A DNA stretch of 64,000 nt from Mobula birostris (GCF_030028105.1 NC_092375.1:164795415-164859414); one strand, 5' to 3'. Counted from the first letter of the stretch, positions 14,067 through 25,794 are shown. Numbers and translations are program-made. The notes: a model not told the origin generated them from the sequence alone.

Positions 14067-14231
14067 GAAATCAAATTGTGAATGACTATACTCACAAGAT
14101 TGTGGTGAAAGAAGATGGAATTCAGTCATTGATCATTGTTCCTGCATTGCCAGTTGATTCTGGTGAATGGACTGTTGTAGCACAAAACCGAGCTGGCAAA
14201 ACATCTGTCTCTATGACTTTATCTGTAGAAG
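14067..14231 (+). CDS. TTN: Titin exon (~ex26)
   Basis: atctag|GNQIVNDYTHKIVVKEDG...SGEWTVVAQNRAGK...LSVE|gtaag. Confidence 0.96.
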
Positions 14232-14382
14232 GTAAGATAAAATTTATTATATTAATTAATTAAAATATCTTAAATATATGTAAGCCAATCTTTTGTCAGA
14301 AATAATGCTTATTATTTCTTGCAAAAGACAGATACAGAGTAATGATGAACAACAGCATCAGTAGTTGAGATTAGTTGATGCT

Positions 14383-14629
14383 TTTTTTTAGCGTGTTGCA
14401 CCAGACAGTCAGCCATTCTTATCTGGCGTGTGGTGTCAGGATTGGTCTCCTTTCGGAGTAACTAGATCTCGGTATGAACATTCCTGACTCGACCCTTTTT
14501 TTTTTGTGAGGCCGAGTGGCTAGCTCAACACACAACTTGGCATGGATGGAAAGCATGTTCGGGGGGGTGGCCCGACTTGGATTCGAACCTGGGAGCCTTT
14601 GCTCCAGAGTCCAGCACTGATGCCATTGC
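14383..14629 (-). mobile_element. tRNA-derived SINE with an internal A-run and a poly(A) tail
   Basis: B-box GGTTCGAATCC (minus strand, 14579-14589); internal A10 (14496-14505); A-tail at ~14382-14389; 11-bp TSD TAGTTGATGCT at 14372-14382 and 14630-14640. Confidence 0.82.
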
Positions 14630-14812
14630 TAGTTGATGCTAGTTACCTAATTAGTTGATAATACTGAGTTTCCACTATGTGCATTATTTTGAAAGCACTA
14701 AGGGACTATGGAATCATGGTAGAAGGATTTCAAGTACAATTTGAGAGAAATAGACTGTTGAGTGAATATTAAATAAAAAAAATAAGTAATAAGCCCCTGC
14801 TCCCTCCCTCTT

Positions 14813-14850
14813 CAGTCCTGACGAAGGGCCTTGGCCCGAAATGTTGACTG
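14813..14850 (+). ncRNA. Minimal type-I hammerhead ribozyme motif (Penelope-type)
   Basis: CAGTC-CTGACGA-A-GGGC(CTTG)GCCC-GAAA-TGTT-GACTG. Stem I is CAGUC/GACUG, the core is intact, and the cleavage triplet is GUU. Confidence 0.75.
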
Positions 14851-14934
14851 TTCGTTTCCACGGATGCTGCCCAACCTGCTGAGTTCCTCCAGCTTTTTGT
14901 GCGTGTTGCTTTGACTCCAGCATTTGCAGAGTAT

Positions 14935-15142
14935 CAAGCAACACACATCAAAGTTGCTGGTGAACGCAGCAGGCCAGGCAACATCTGTAGGAAGAGGTGC
15001 AGTCGACGTTTCAGGCCTGACGAAGGGTCTCAGCCTGAAACGTCGACTGCACCTCTTCCTTCAGATGCTGCCTGGCCTGCTGCGTTCACCAGCAACTTTG
15101 ATGTGTGTTGCTTGAATTTCCAGCATCTGCAGAATTCCTATG
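14935..15142. mobile_element. Fold-back Penelope-pLTR element with a central hammerhead
   Basis: 82-nt inverted arms 14935-15016 and 15033-15114 (2 mismatches); 13-bp TSD ATTTGCAGAGTAT at 14922-14934 and 15143-15155. Confidence 0.88.
15012..15049 (+). ncRNA. Minimal type-I hammerhead ribozyme motif
   Basis: CAGGC-CTGACGA-AGGGTCTCAGCCT-GAAA-CGTC-GACTG; intact core with GUC triplet; one mismatch in stem I. Confidence 0.7.
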
Positions 15143-15379
15143 ATTTGCAGAGTATTTTGTGTTTAAAATAAGTGTGCTAGTTGAAAAACATATTTTGTCC
15201 AGTTATGAACAGGATATATGTTGTGTTGCTCTGACAGCAGAACTGCTTTGTTTAATTAAAAAGGTTAACATTTTGTCAGACCTTATCTTCCAGTACTCAC
15301 TATATCAGACAACAAATGACTTTCTTGCTGCCTAGCTGGTTTAACTGGAGAATATTAACAGATTTAATTACAATAAAAA

Positions 15380-15690
15380 AGTTATGGCCTCGATGAGCCT
15401 TAGACATGGAGAGGATGTATATGATAGTGGGGGGAGTCCGGGACCAGAGGTACAACCTCAGAATACTAGGTCATCCCTTTAGAACAGAGATGAGGAGAGA
15501 TTTATTTAGCCAGAAGGTGGTGAATTCTGGGTATATTTAAAGCGAAGGTTGATAGATTCTTGATTATTAAGTGTGTCAAAGGTTACAGAGAGAAGGCTGG
15601 AGAATGGAGTTGAGAGGGATAGTAAATCAGCCATGATGGAATGGCAGAGTAGACTCGATGAGCTGAATGGCTCAATTCTGCTCCTTCTTC
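15380..15690 (+). mobile_element. CR1 3' fragment
   Basis: gatgtat...atgaggagagatttatttagccagaaggtggtgaat...gatgagctgaatggc CR1 3' motifs. Confidence 0.65.
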
Positions 15691-15776
15691 TTATGGTCCA
15701 ATGCCATTTTGTACAGAAACTCAGTATGCTCTATATTCCAACTGGCTACATTGATAGGAAAACAAAAAGAATAGAT

Positions 15777-16062
15777 TGTAGCGGTGTGCTACACACAGTG
15801 CTAAAATAACAACACGTAGTCGGTGAGTTGCAGTTGCGAAAAAAAGAGGTTTATTCAAACTTTGTGGCCTCCTTTAAAGCCTTCCTGTTCCCGCCCTCCC
15901 CGGGCGGGACTGCTGTGGGGAATGCATATTCGCAGACCCTTCCCGCGCGCAGGATTTTCCCTCTGCTGGTGAAGACCTGGCGCCCTTTTTGGGGCCAGCC
16001 TCTCTGCCGGCGCGCGCCGTTTTGTGAGCCAGTTCAAGTGCGCTGGAAAGTGGGTCACCACA
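15777..16062 (-). repeat. Gypsy 3' LTR (286 bp)
   Basis: TGTAGCGG...GGTCACCACA; adjacent polypurine tract (C11 on +, 16069-16079); AATAAA on the minus strand. Confidence 0.95.
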
Positions 16063-16199
16063 TAAACACCCCCCCCCCCAGAACCGGCGATACATCCCCC
16101 AATGTCCACAGTCTGGATCGGCCTCTGTTTGGGAGGTCTGGCTCTGCGCCCCGGTGCCTGAGCCCGGACCGGCTGCGCCAAGTCCACATGGGCCGGTTT

Positions 16200-19100
16200 G
16201 AGTCGGGTCCACTGTGAAAACCTCCTCTCTCCGCCCAATGTCCAGCACGAATGTGGACCCGTTGTTCCTGATCACCTTAAATGGCCCCTCGTAGGGCCGC
16301 TGTAGCGGTGCCCGGTATCCGCCCGGTCGTACAAAAAGAAACTTACAGTTCTGCAGGTCTTTGGGTACGCAGGTCAGGCTCTGTCCGTGCTGTGAAGTGG
16401 GTACGGGGGCCAGGTTACCGAGCCTCTCAAGTAGTCTGTCCAGGACTGCTGCAGGTTCCTCCTCTTGCCCCCTTGGGGCCAGTATGAACTCTACTGGGAC
16501 GACCAGGGGTGCTCCGTACACCAACTCGGCCGACAAGGTGTGCAGATCCTCCTTGGGCACCGTGCGGATTCTGAGCAGGACCCAGGGAAGTTCGTCCACC
16601 CAGTTAGGCCCTTCCAGGCGGGCCATGAGAGCCGACTTCAGGTGACAGTGGAAACGCTCCACTAGTCCGTTCGACTGTGGGTGGGAGGCAGTTGTGTGGT
16701 GTAGCTGTGTTCCTAAAAGGCTGGCCATAGCTGGCCACAGGCTGGAGGTGAACTGGGCGCCCCTGTCAGAGGTAATGTGGGCTAGTACCCCGAAGCGTTC
16801 TACCCAGGTTGCGATCGGTGCTCGGGCGCAGGATTTGGAGGTGGTGTCGTTGAGCGGGACCGCCTCTGGCCATCCGGTGAACCGGTCTATGATAGTTAGG
16901 AGGTACCGTGCTCCTCGTGACACTGGCAGGGGCCCCACGATATCCACATGAATGTGTTCGAACCTCCGGCAGGTGGGTTCAAACTGCTGCGTCGGAGCCT
17001 TGGTGTGCCGCTGCACCTTGGCCGTTTGGCACTGCATGCACGTTTTGGCCCATTCACTGACCTGTTTATGACGTCATGCCAAACGTACCTGTTGGAGACC
17101 AGCCGGACGGTTGTCCTGATGGAGGGGTGCGCTAAGTTGTGAATGGAGTTGAAAACTCGCCGGTGCCAGGCTGCCAGGACGATGGGGTGGGGTTGGCCGG
17201 TAGCTACGTCACATAGTAGAGTCCTCTCACCTGGGCCTACGGGGAGGCTTTGGAGCTGCAAACCGGAGATCGCAGTTCTGTAACTAGGGATCTCATCGTC
17301 TGCCTGCTGTGCCTCTGCCAGCACTGCATAGTCCACCCCCTGGGACAGGGCCTGTATGGTAGATCTGGATAGTGCGTCCGCCACGACGTTGTCCTTTCCC
17401 GAGACATGCCGGATGTCCGTCATGTATTTGGAGATGTAGGACAGATGTCGCTGCTGGCGGGACGACCAGGGATCATACACCTTAGTGAATGCAAAGGTAA
17501 GCGGTTTGTGGTCCGTGAACGCGGTGAAGGGCCTACCTTCTAAGAAGTACCTGAAATGCTTAATTACCAGGTATAGTGCCAATAGCTCCCGGTCAAAAGC
17601 ACTGTATTTGAGTTTGGGTGGTCGTAGGCGTTTGCTGAAGAATGCCAGGGGTTGCCAACAACCCTCAATGAGTTGTTCCAGCACTCCACCGACTGCTGTG
17701 TTGGATGCGTCCACCGTGAGGGCAGTAGGAACATCCATTCTTTTTTTTTTTATTTTCTTTTTACAAAATTCTTTATTACAAATGTCGGTGCTATACAATA
17801 TTTACAAAACCAGTGACTAACATATTTACTACACTACAAACAGACAATACATGTTAAACCAATATATTGCCATCCTCATCAATGATGGCATTTACACCCC
17901 GCGGAGCCCAACGGTCCCGGAACACCTCTACGGTCACCGTGGACTGTGCATATTCCTTTTCAATGTTCACTCGGGCACGAACATACCCCCTAAACATAGC
18001 CAGGCAGTCCACCCGGGGAGAACCTCCTGCCACCCTTTTCCAGGAGCCACGGATGGCAATTTTCGCCAGCCCCAGGAGCAAGTTGACAAGGACATCCTCA
18101 TCCCTCTGTGCCCCCCTCCTTACTGGATGACCATATATGAATAGGGTGGGACTGAAATGCAACCAGAAGGCGAGAAGCAGCCCACGCAAATACGCCAAAA
18201 GGGGCTGCAGCCTCACACACTCCACGCACATATGGTACACGGTCTCCTCTAGCCCACAGAAGTGACACGCGGCTGGGAGATCCGTGTACAGACTAAAGAA
18301 CTTATTGCAGGGCACCGCTTTGTGCAGCACCCTCCAGCCGAGATCCCCAAGGTGCATGGGGAGGACTCCCTTGTAAAGGGACTTCCATTGGGGATCCCCC
18401 TCACCTCCAGGTGGGAAGACCGACCGCCATGGCGTGTCGGGACGGTGGACAAGGGCTAGGAAGTGGAGGGTGTGGAGCAACAGCCCATAAAGGTACCTCC
18501 TGCCTGCATCCCTGAATGGGATTGTGGGTGTCGATGAGAGACGGCTCAAGTTGTGTGGATTCGTCTCTCGGGTAAGGCTGCGGGGCCTGGGCCCGACGAG
18601 CAGCTCAGCTTGAGTCGATCCACACACCTGAGCCGCACCGACATCCGTTGAGGCAGGGCAAGGGTCAGCCAGGACCCCGCCCTCTGCCAGAGGAGGGGAT
18701 TCCCGGCCTGAGGCAACCATGTTCCAGATTCTCAGTAGGTCCTGATAGAAGCCTGGCAGCCTCTGCAAAGCAGCACGGCTGACGCCCGCCGGCGGTAGCT
18801 GCATATCTTCGGCAAGACAGCATCCCCTCCGGAGGAAGAAAGTCGCCAACACGTGCCACCTGGGAGGGTGCTCGGCGTACAGGCGTAACGAAAGTAGCTG
18901 CGGCCTCTTCGTCCCAGGTAATGTCCTGCCCTTACCCGACATCAGGGTGAACAGGGGGCACATGATTCGGGCTGCTGAGGGGAGGAAACGGTGGTAGAAA
19001 TTCATCATACCCACAAATTCCTGAAGGCCTTTGGTTATGTTGGGTCGGGGGAAGTGGTGGACCGTGCCTACCTTGGCGTGCAGAAGGGTTACCCCGTCTT

Positions 19101-20190
19101 TAGTAATCCTGTGGCCCAGGAAGTTGATGGTGTCGAGTCCAAACTGGCATTTGGCCGGGTTGATTGCAAGACCAAATTCGCTCAGTCGGACGTAGAGTTG
19201 ACGGAGGTGGGACAGATGTTCCTGACGACTACTGCTGGCTATGAGGACGTCGTCCAAATAGATGAATGCAAAGTCCAGGTCGCGTCCCACCGCGTCCATT
19301 AGCCGCTGGAACGTCTGTGTGGCATTCTTTAGGCCGAATGGCATTCAGAGGGATTCGAAAAGGCCGAACGGGGTGGTAAGTGATGTTTTGGGGATGTCGT
19401 CCGGATGTACCGGGATTTGATGGTATCCCCGGACGAGTTCTACCTTGGAAAAGATCCTTGCGCCGTGTAGGTTTGCTGCAAAGTCTTGAATGTGCGGCAC
19501 AGGATAGCAGTCTGGCGTTGTAGCCTCGTTCAGTCTGCGGTAGTCGCCGCATGGTCTCCAGCCCCCTGTTGCCTTGGGCACCATATGCAGGCCCATGGGC
19601 TATCGGACCGTCGTATGATCCCCAATTCCTCCATCTTCTTGAACTCCTCCTTCGCCAGTCGGAGCTTGTCCGGGGGAAGCCTTCGAGCACGGGCGTGGAG
19701 GGGTGGTCCCTGGGTCGGGATGTGGTGCTGTACTCCATGTCTGGGCATGGCTGCCATGAACTGCGGTGTCAGTACTGATGGGAAATCTGCCAGGACCCTG
19801 GTGAATTCGTCGTTGGACAGCGTGATGGAGTCCAGGTGTGGGGCTGGCAACTTGGCTTCACCCAGGGAGGACGTTTGAAAAGTCTTGGTGTGGACTAGTC
19901 GCTTTCCTGGCATTCGACCAGCAGGCTGTGAGCTCGCAGAAAATCCGCCCCAAGGAGTGGTTGGGCCACGGCGGCCAGTGTGAAGTCCCACATGAACTGG
20001 CTGGAGCTGAACTGTAGCCGCACTGTGCGGGTGCCGTAGGTCTGTATTGTGCTGCCATTTGCGGCCCTCAGGGTGGGTCTCGGTTCTCTGTTGCAGGTTT
20101 CATAACTCATTGGAGGTAAAACGCTGATCTCCGCTCCCGTGTCGACCAAAAAGTGGCGTCCCGACTGCTTGTCCCAGACATACAGGAGGC
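16200..20190 (-). pseudogene. Gypsy pol (PR-RT-RH-IN), fragmented and interrupted by Tx1
   Basis: ORF pieces 19895-20149, 19530-19991, 19345-19596, 18886-19344, 16896-17741 and 15874-17037. Confidence 0.92.
17742..18885 (-). mobile_element. Tx1/L1-clade LINE 3' fragment nested in Gypsy pol
   Basis: ORF2 C-terminus with GDLGWRVLH..V..N and C-x2-C...H...C (ACHFCGLEETVYHMCVEC); AATAAA (17772-17777, minus strand) and poly(A) at ~17742-17762. Confidence 0.85.
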
Positions 20191-20199
20191 TGTCCTAAT

Positions 20200-20913
20200 G
20201 GCCAGTTGCCGTAGCCATCAGCAGCCTGGCATTACCCGGGAATTTGCAGGGTGGTCTGCAGCGGCGGGCCTCTGTGCCCTACTGCTGGTGGTAGAAGCAC
20301 CATTGTTCATTGGGCTCCTCACTCCCGTTGCCGGGTTTTGTAGGCTCTGCTGCCGGGCCTGGTCTGGTCTGCCGTTGGACACGTGGCTTGGTGATCTGTG
20401 CGACGGACGCCCCTCTCTCCTTCTTGGCATTCCACAGCACATCTGCCTGGGCCGCCACCTTCCGTTGTCGCTGAAATCTGCGTCGGACAGCAGCAGGCAT
20501 ATGTCCTCCGGCAGTTGCTCTAGGAACGCCTGCTCAAACATGAGGCAGGGTTTGTGTCCTTCAGCCAGGGCCAGCATTTCGTTCATTAATGCCGAAGGCA
20601 GCCTGTCTCCCAAGCCATCCAGTTGCAGTAAGCAGGCAGCTCGCTCGCGCCGTGAGAGTCCAAAAGTCCTTATGAGCAGGGCTTTGAATGCTGTGTATTT
20701 GCCGTCCTCCGAGGGCGACTGTATAAACTCCTCAACTTGTGCAGCTGTCTCCTGGTCGAGGGAGCTCACCACATAGTAGTAACGAGTGGAATCCAAGGTT
20801 GTCTGTTGAATGTGGCATTGGGCTTCTGCTTGTTTGAACCATAGGCGAGGTCACAGCGTCCAGAAGCTTGGCAGTTTTAACGAAACTGCGTGAACAGATG
20901 CGGCCTCGGTCAT
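20200..20913 (-). pseudogene. Gypsy gag (disrupted)
   Basis: MTEAASVHAVSLKLPSFWTL*PRLWFKQAEAQ...YYVVSSLD...; premature TGA at 20851-20853 and a later frameshift. Confidence 0.8.
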
Positions 20914-20937
20914 CTCTGGTCCAAATATCGTTTGGGC

Positions 20938-20951
20938 CGTCGGGGTCACCA
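20938..20951 (-). promoter_or_regulatory. Primer-binding site complementary to the tRNA-Trp 3' end
   Basis: Minus strand TGGTGACCCCGACG, 2 nt inside the 5' LTR; vertebrate tRNA-Trp ends ...CGTCGGGGTCA-CCA. Confidence 0.85.
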
Positions 20952-20953
20952 AA

Positions 20954-21242
20954 TGTAGCGGTGTGCTACACACAGCGCTAGAATAACGACACGTAGTTGG
21001 TGAGTTGTAGTTGCGAAAAAAAGAGGTTTATTCAATCTTCGTGGCCTCCTTTAAAGCCTTCCCGTTCCCACCCTTCGCTGGCGGGACTGCTGTGGGGAAT
21101 GCATATTCGCAGACCCTTCCCGCGCGCGGGATTTTCCCTCTGCTGGTGAAGATGGCCTGGCGCCCTTTTTGGGGCCGGCCTCTCTGCTGGCGCGCGCTGT
21201 TTTGTGAGCCGGTTCGAGTGCGCTGGGAAGTGGGTCACCACA
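20954..21242 (-). repeat. Gypsy 5' LTR (289 bp)
   Basis: About 19 substitutions plus a 3-bp indel relative to the other LTR (hand count, ~93% identity). Confidence 0.95.
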
Positions 21243-21766
21243 AGATCATTCATCTCCTCAGGTTTAGTTTCTCCATTAAGTGAGATAATGGTTACTTGGA
21301 GACTTAACTCCAATCGCTTTCTAAATGTTCGGTTAGCAGATTAATAGGTGCCAGTGGTTGCTTTATGAGATCTGTATTATACTACAATACCGGTGGAAAA
21401 ATAAGACAAAACTAAACACAAAGTATTTCTAAACAAAGGTCAGGGGACTCTATTATTTGCTATAATGGGAAGATATTGTCCTACTTCTAGATTTCTGTAG
21501 TATTTTGAGTCAATAGCTAATAAATGCACAACATAAAATGCATATGAATTGTAAGTTATTTTACTTGATGGAAGGAAGCATTTTTAGCAGTAACACATGC
21601 ATCCTTGAATGGTGTAGAAAGAATGGTATTTGCAATGTGGATCTTTATCTCTGTTGCACAGCAAATGGAACACAGAATTACTAAAATTTATCTTCAAATT
21701 ATACTGTATTTTGAGTATGCCTTACTGCAGATACAAATTTAAATTTCAAAACTCTTCTTTTAATAG

Positions 21767-21935
21767 CTAAAGAACATTTACTGAGACCCCAGTTTTTGGA
21801 AAAATTGAAAAATGTCAGTGTTAAAGAAGGTGCCCCGATTGCAATGGGAGTAAAAGCTGTTGGAAACCCAAATCCTGATATTGTATGGCTGAAAAACAGT
21901 GATATTATTGCTCCACACAAGTATCCTCATATTAA
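21767..21935 (+). CDS. TTN: Titin exon (~ex27)
   Basis: taatag|KEHLLRPQFLEKLKNVSVKEG...GNPNPDIVWLKNSDIIAPHKYPHI|gtaag. Not in the ORF track. Confidence 0.96.
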
Positions 21936-22028
21936 GTAAGTATTTTGCAATTCTGATAATATTAATGTTAATGTGCATTTTACACATTTTATTTATCATA
22001 TTATAATTTCTGCTTGCTTGTATTTTAG

Positions 22029-23722
22029 GATTGAAGGTACGAAAGGAGAAGGTAAACTTAAAATTGATTCTGCAGCTAGTTATGATGCTGCATGGTATAC
22101 TGCAACTGCTATAAACAAAGCTGGCCGTGACACCACAAGGTGTAAAGTCAATGTTGAGCTTGAATATGCTGAGCCTGAACCAGAGAGAAAATTAATAATT
22201 CCAAAAGGAACGTATAAGGCTAAGGAAATATCAGCTCCTGAATTAGAACCTCTCCATCTGCGTTATGGTCAGGAACAGTGGGAGGAAGGTGATCTGTACG
22301 ATAAGGAAAAACAGCAGAAACCTCATTTCAAAAAGAAGACCAGCTCTGTGAGGCTCAAGTGTTTTGGACCAGCACATTTTGAATGCAGACTAACACCAAT
22401 TGGTGATCCAACAATGGTCGTTGAGTGGTTGCACGATAGTAAGCCCCTTGCTGCAGCCAATAGACTTCGCATGATTAATGAATTTGGATACTGTAGTCTT
22501 GACTTTGAAGTAGCATATCCTCGGGATAGTGGTATTATCACCTGTCGAGCTACAAACAAGTATGGTACTGATCAGACATCAGCTACTCTCATTGTGAAAG
22601 ATGAAAAAAGCCTTGTTGAAGAATCACAGTTACCTGAAGGGAGAAGGGGAATGCAGCGAATTGAAGAACTTGAAAGGATAGCCCATGAAGGGGCAATTAC
22701 AGGTCTTGTAGAAGACCTTATAAAAGAAAAAACAAAGCCTGAAATTGTCTTGTTTCCAGAACCAGCAAGAGCATTGGAAGGTGAAACGGCTCGTTTCCGG
22801 TGCCGTGTGGTCGGTTATCCTCAACCAAAGGTGAACTGGTATCTTAATGGACAACTTATTCGCAAGAGCAAACGGTTTAGACTACGCTATGATGGTATCT
22901 ATTATCTGGAAATTGTTGATTGTAAATCCTATGATTCAGGTATTGTCAAGGTTACAGCAGAAAATCCTGAGGGAGTAGTGGAACACACAGTGAAACTAGA
23001 AATCAATGAAAGAGAAGATTTCAGGTCTATCTTGCGGCGAGCTCCTGAACAGAAAGTTGAAACTGGTGTTTTGGAGCCAGCTAAGCCATTCTTTGAAGTT
23101 GTAAAAGTAGAAAAACCAACAGATGCTGCAGCTAAAGAAGTAGTGAAGCTTAAGAAGACTGAAAGAATTATTCATGAAAAATCAACGGAGGAAACTGAAG
23201 AATTGCGAAGTAAGTTTAAACGTAGAAAGGAAGAAGGTTATTATGAAGCCATTACAGCAGTTGAACTCAAAACCCGCAGACGGGATGAAGCTTATGAAGA
23301 TATGCTGAGGAAAAGAAAGGAAGAACTTCTCCATTGGACCAAACAAGTACCTGAGGAGGAGAAGAAATTGCCTCCTCCTGAAGGCACTGTCACCATTCCA
23401 ACTTTTAAGCCTGATAAGATTCAATTATCGCCAAGTATGGAAGCTCCCAAAATTTTAGAGCGCATTCAGAGTCAGACTGTAGCCATTGGAGATGAAAGTC
23501 ATTTCCATGTTAGAGTAGTAGGCAGACCAGACCCTGAATGTCAGTGGTTTAAGAACGGCGTGAAGCTTGAAAAAACTGAAAGGATCTACTGGTACTGGCC
23601 TGAAGACAATGTATGTGAACTTGTGATCAGAGATGTTGTACCTGAAGATTCTGCCAGTATAATGGTAAAAGCAATCAACGTTGTTGGAGAAACCTCAAGC
23701 CATGCCTTTCTGCTTGTACAAG
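22029..23722 (+). CDS. TTN: Titin large exon (~ex28, 1694 nt), Ig domains plus unique sequence
   Basis: ttttag|[14 protein letters not shown]...[19 protein letters not shown]...SHAFLLVQ|gtactt; lies within ORF 21973-23730. Confidence 0.98.
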
Positions 23723-23801
23723 GTACTTAAATTTGTGGACTAAACAGTAGATTTTTGTTTATTAATCACTTGGTATTTACAGTTTTTATTTTGATTTTCA
23801 G

Positions 23802-24083
23802 CTAAACAAGTAATCACGTTTACTGAGGAGCTACATGATGTCAATGCAAAAGAGAAAGATACCATGGCAACTTTTGAGTGTGAATTATCAGAACCATTTA
23901 TTAAAGTACAGTGGTTTAAGAATGATGTGCCAATTTCCTCTGGTGACAAATACCGAATGCATTCTGACCGGAAAGTTCACTTATTATCTGTATTGACCAT
24001 TAATATGAATGATGCTGCAGAATATACTTGTGCTGTTGCTGAAGACCCTTTTATAAAATCAACAGCTAATCTTATTGTTGAAG
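23802..24083 (+). CDS. TTN: Titin proximal-Ig exon (~ex29)
   Basis: tttcag|KQVITFTEELHDVNAKEKDTMATFECE...NLIVE|gtgag. Confidence 0.96.
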
Positions 24084-24630
24084 GTGAGAAAGGGCTTAAG
24101 TTGCATACTAATATTCTAATTCCTTTTTCAAAACAGACAGTCTACAAAGAGTGAGAGGAAGGAGAGCAGGTAGCCTGAGCAATTTAGAAAGGGAATTCTA
24201 ATGCTTGTGGTGTAGATAGTTAATGAGTTAGCAGTGATGTGGGTGGGGCTGGAGTTCTTAAAGGATTACACAAGTTTTGATTTGTCAAATGTCCTAATAC
24301 TTCCTAATGTAGCCTAGTATTTAGCTCTATCCTAATGCTTCTGGGAAGTTACATGGAATATTTTACCAAGTTTAAGTTGCTAAATAAGTACCATACCCAT
24401 TGCCATATTACTGACGTACAACATGTTCATGGATCACAGCTTATTTCAGACAGTTCCATTTAAAAGAATGGTGTGTTGAGAATTTATAATGTAATTTTGT
24501 ACCTTATCACTTACTGATGTCTTATAAGCATTGTTTCCCATTGAGAAAATTGGATAATATTAGTTGGTATTATTAAAAAGTGAAATGAAGGAGTGACTTA
24601 AAAGTTATGCATTTTGTTATTTGTACATAG

Positions 24631-24897
24631 GAACTGTCCTTGAATTCATTGAAGAGCTTGCAGATCTAGAAGTGCCAGAGTCATTCTCGGGTGAATTAGA
24701 ATGTGCTGTTTCATGTGAAGATGCTGAAGGAAAATGGTATAAGGGAGACAAAGAGATTCATTCCAGCAGCAAATACTCCATCACAGCTCGCCGTGGTCGT
24801 CATACTCTGACAGTTAAGGATGTTGCCAAGGAAGACCAGGGTTGCTATAGTTTTGTAGTACTTGATAAAAAGACAAGTTGCAATCTGAAAATGAAAC
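24631..24897 (+). CDS. TTN: Titin proximal-Ig exon (~ex30)
   Basis: acatag|TVLEFIEELADLEVPESFSGELEC...NLKMK|gtaagt. Confidence 0.96.
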
Positions 24898-25053
24898 GTA
24901 AGTTAATTTCACATTGAAAATTACATTGGTGCACATTTTTTGTATTTTCTAATATGTGGTTTAAAGAAAAGAATCTATTGTTTGTATGTTCATCAGGTTT
25001 AGTAATATTGCCCAGAATAATTTATTGATAAAAACAATCTTTGTTATTTGTAG

Positions 25054-25326
25054 CACGTGCAGTGACTATCCTTCAAGAACTTGGAGATCAGTCTGTTTGT
25101 GAAGGCGATATCGCCCAACTTGAAGTAAAGTTCTCTCAAGAAAACGTTGACGGTGTCTGGCAGAAAGATGGCCAAGAAATCCAAGCAAATGAACGCATTC
25201 ACATTGTTATAGATAAAACATCACACATGTTACTGATTGAGGATTCAACGAAAGAAGATGCTGGCAGGTATTCATTTATTGCCACTGATTTGGACCTTGT
25301 AACATCTGGACATTTAACTGTACAAT
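25054..25326 (+). CDS. TTN: Titin proximal-Ig exon (~ex31)
   Basis: ttgtag|RAVTILQELGDQSVCEGDIAQLEVK...HLTVQ|gtaag. Confidence 0.96.
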
Positions 25327-25432
25327 GTAAGTATTCATTTATTTGTTTTTTATATTATCTGTATAGTTTTTCATGAAGTAATATAGAACCTTCATAGCAT
25401 CCAAGAATTTTCAAAAAAAATTTATTTTCCAG

Positions 25433-25696
25433 GTATTGATATAGTGATCCCTCTTAGAGATCAAACAACTCTTGAGGGAACAAAAGCAGTTTTAGAGTGC
25501 AAAGTTTCAGTTGCACATATTACTTCTGTGAAATGGTACTTCAATGATCGACCAATTCAGTTTGGTGACCGGATACAAACTGTCGCAAAAGGGGCTAAAC
25601 AGCGCTTGGTGATTAACAGATCATATGCTTCAGATGAAGGATGCTACAAACTTGTCATTGGCAAAACTGAAACAAGCTGTAACCTTACCATTGAAA
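25433..25696 (+). CDS. TTN: Titin proximal-Ig exon (~ex32)
   Basis: ttccag|IDIVIPLRDQTTLEGTKAVLECKVSV...NLTIE|gtacgt. Confidence 0.95.
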
Positions 25697-25794
25697 GTAC
25701 GTGCTGAATTATTATGAAGTTGTTTAAGAACTTACATTTTTGTTTGTCGAGTAACTTGTTTTCCTAAAGCCTGGATTTGTATCTTTTTATATAG

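Larger units (their letters stand above)
15777..21242 (-). mobile_element. Gypsy (Ty3/Metaviridae) LTR retrotransposon, structurally complete but decayed
   Basis: Two TG...CA LTRs; 4-bp TSD AGAT (15773-15776 and 21243-21246); gag, protease (VDTGAEIS), RT (YLDD), RNase H (TVDASNTAVGG) and integrase (HVDIVGP, SDRG.QF, NGLVERFH) in Gypsy order; stops and frameshifts. Confidence 0.97.

Noticed and set aside
14570-14630. tRNA gene
   Set aside because: The 5' acceptor stem is missing, and it is fused to a body, A-tail and TSD, so it is a SINE head.
14935-15142. Palindromes as DNA-transposon MITEs or CRISPR-like repeats
   Set aside because: The arms are asymmetric with variable centres, the 12-17 bp TSDs vary in sequence, and the arms match Penelope termini. 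There is no repeat-spacer array, and the context is eukaryotic.
17854-19344. 496-aa ORF as a novel host gene
   Set aside because: It is explained by a Gypsy RT / Tx1 junction inside a decayed element.
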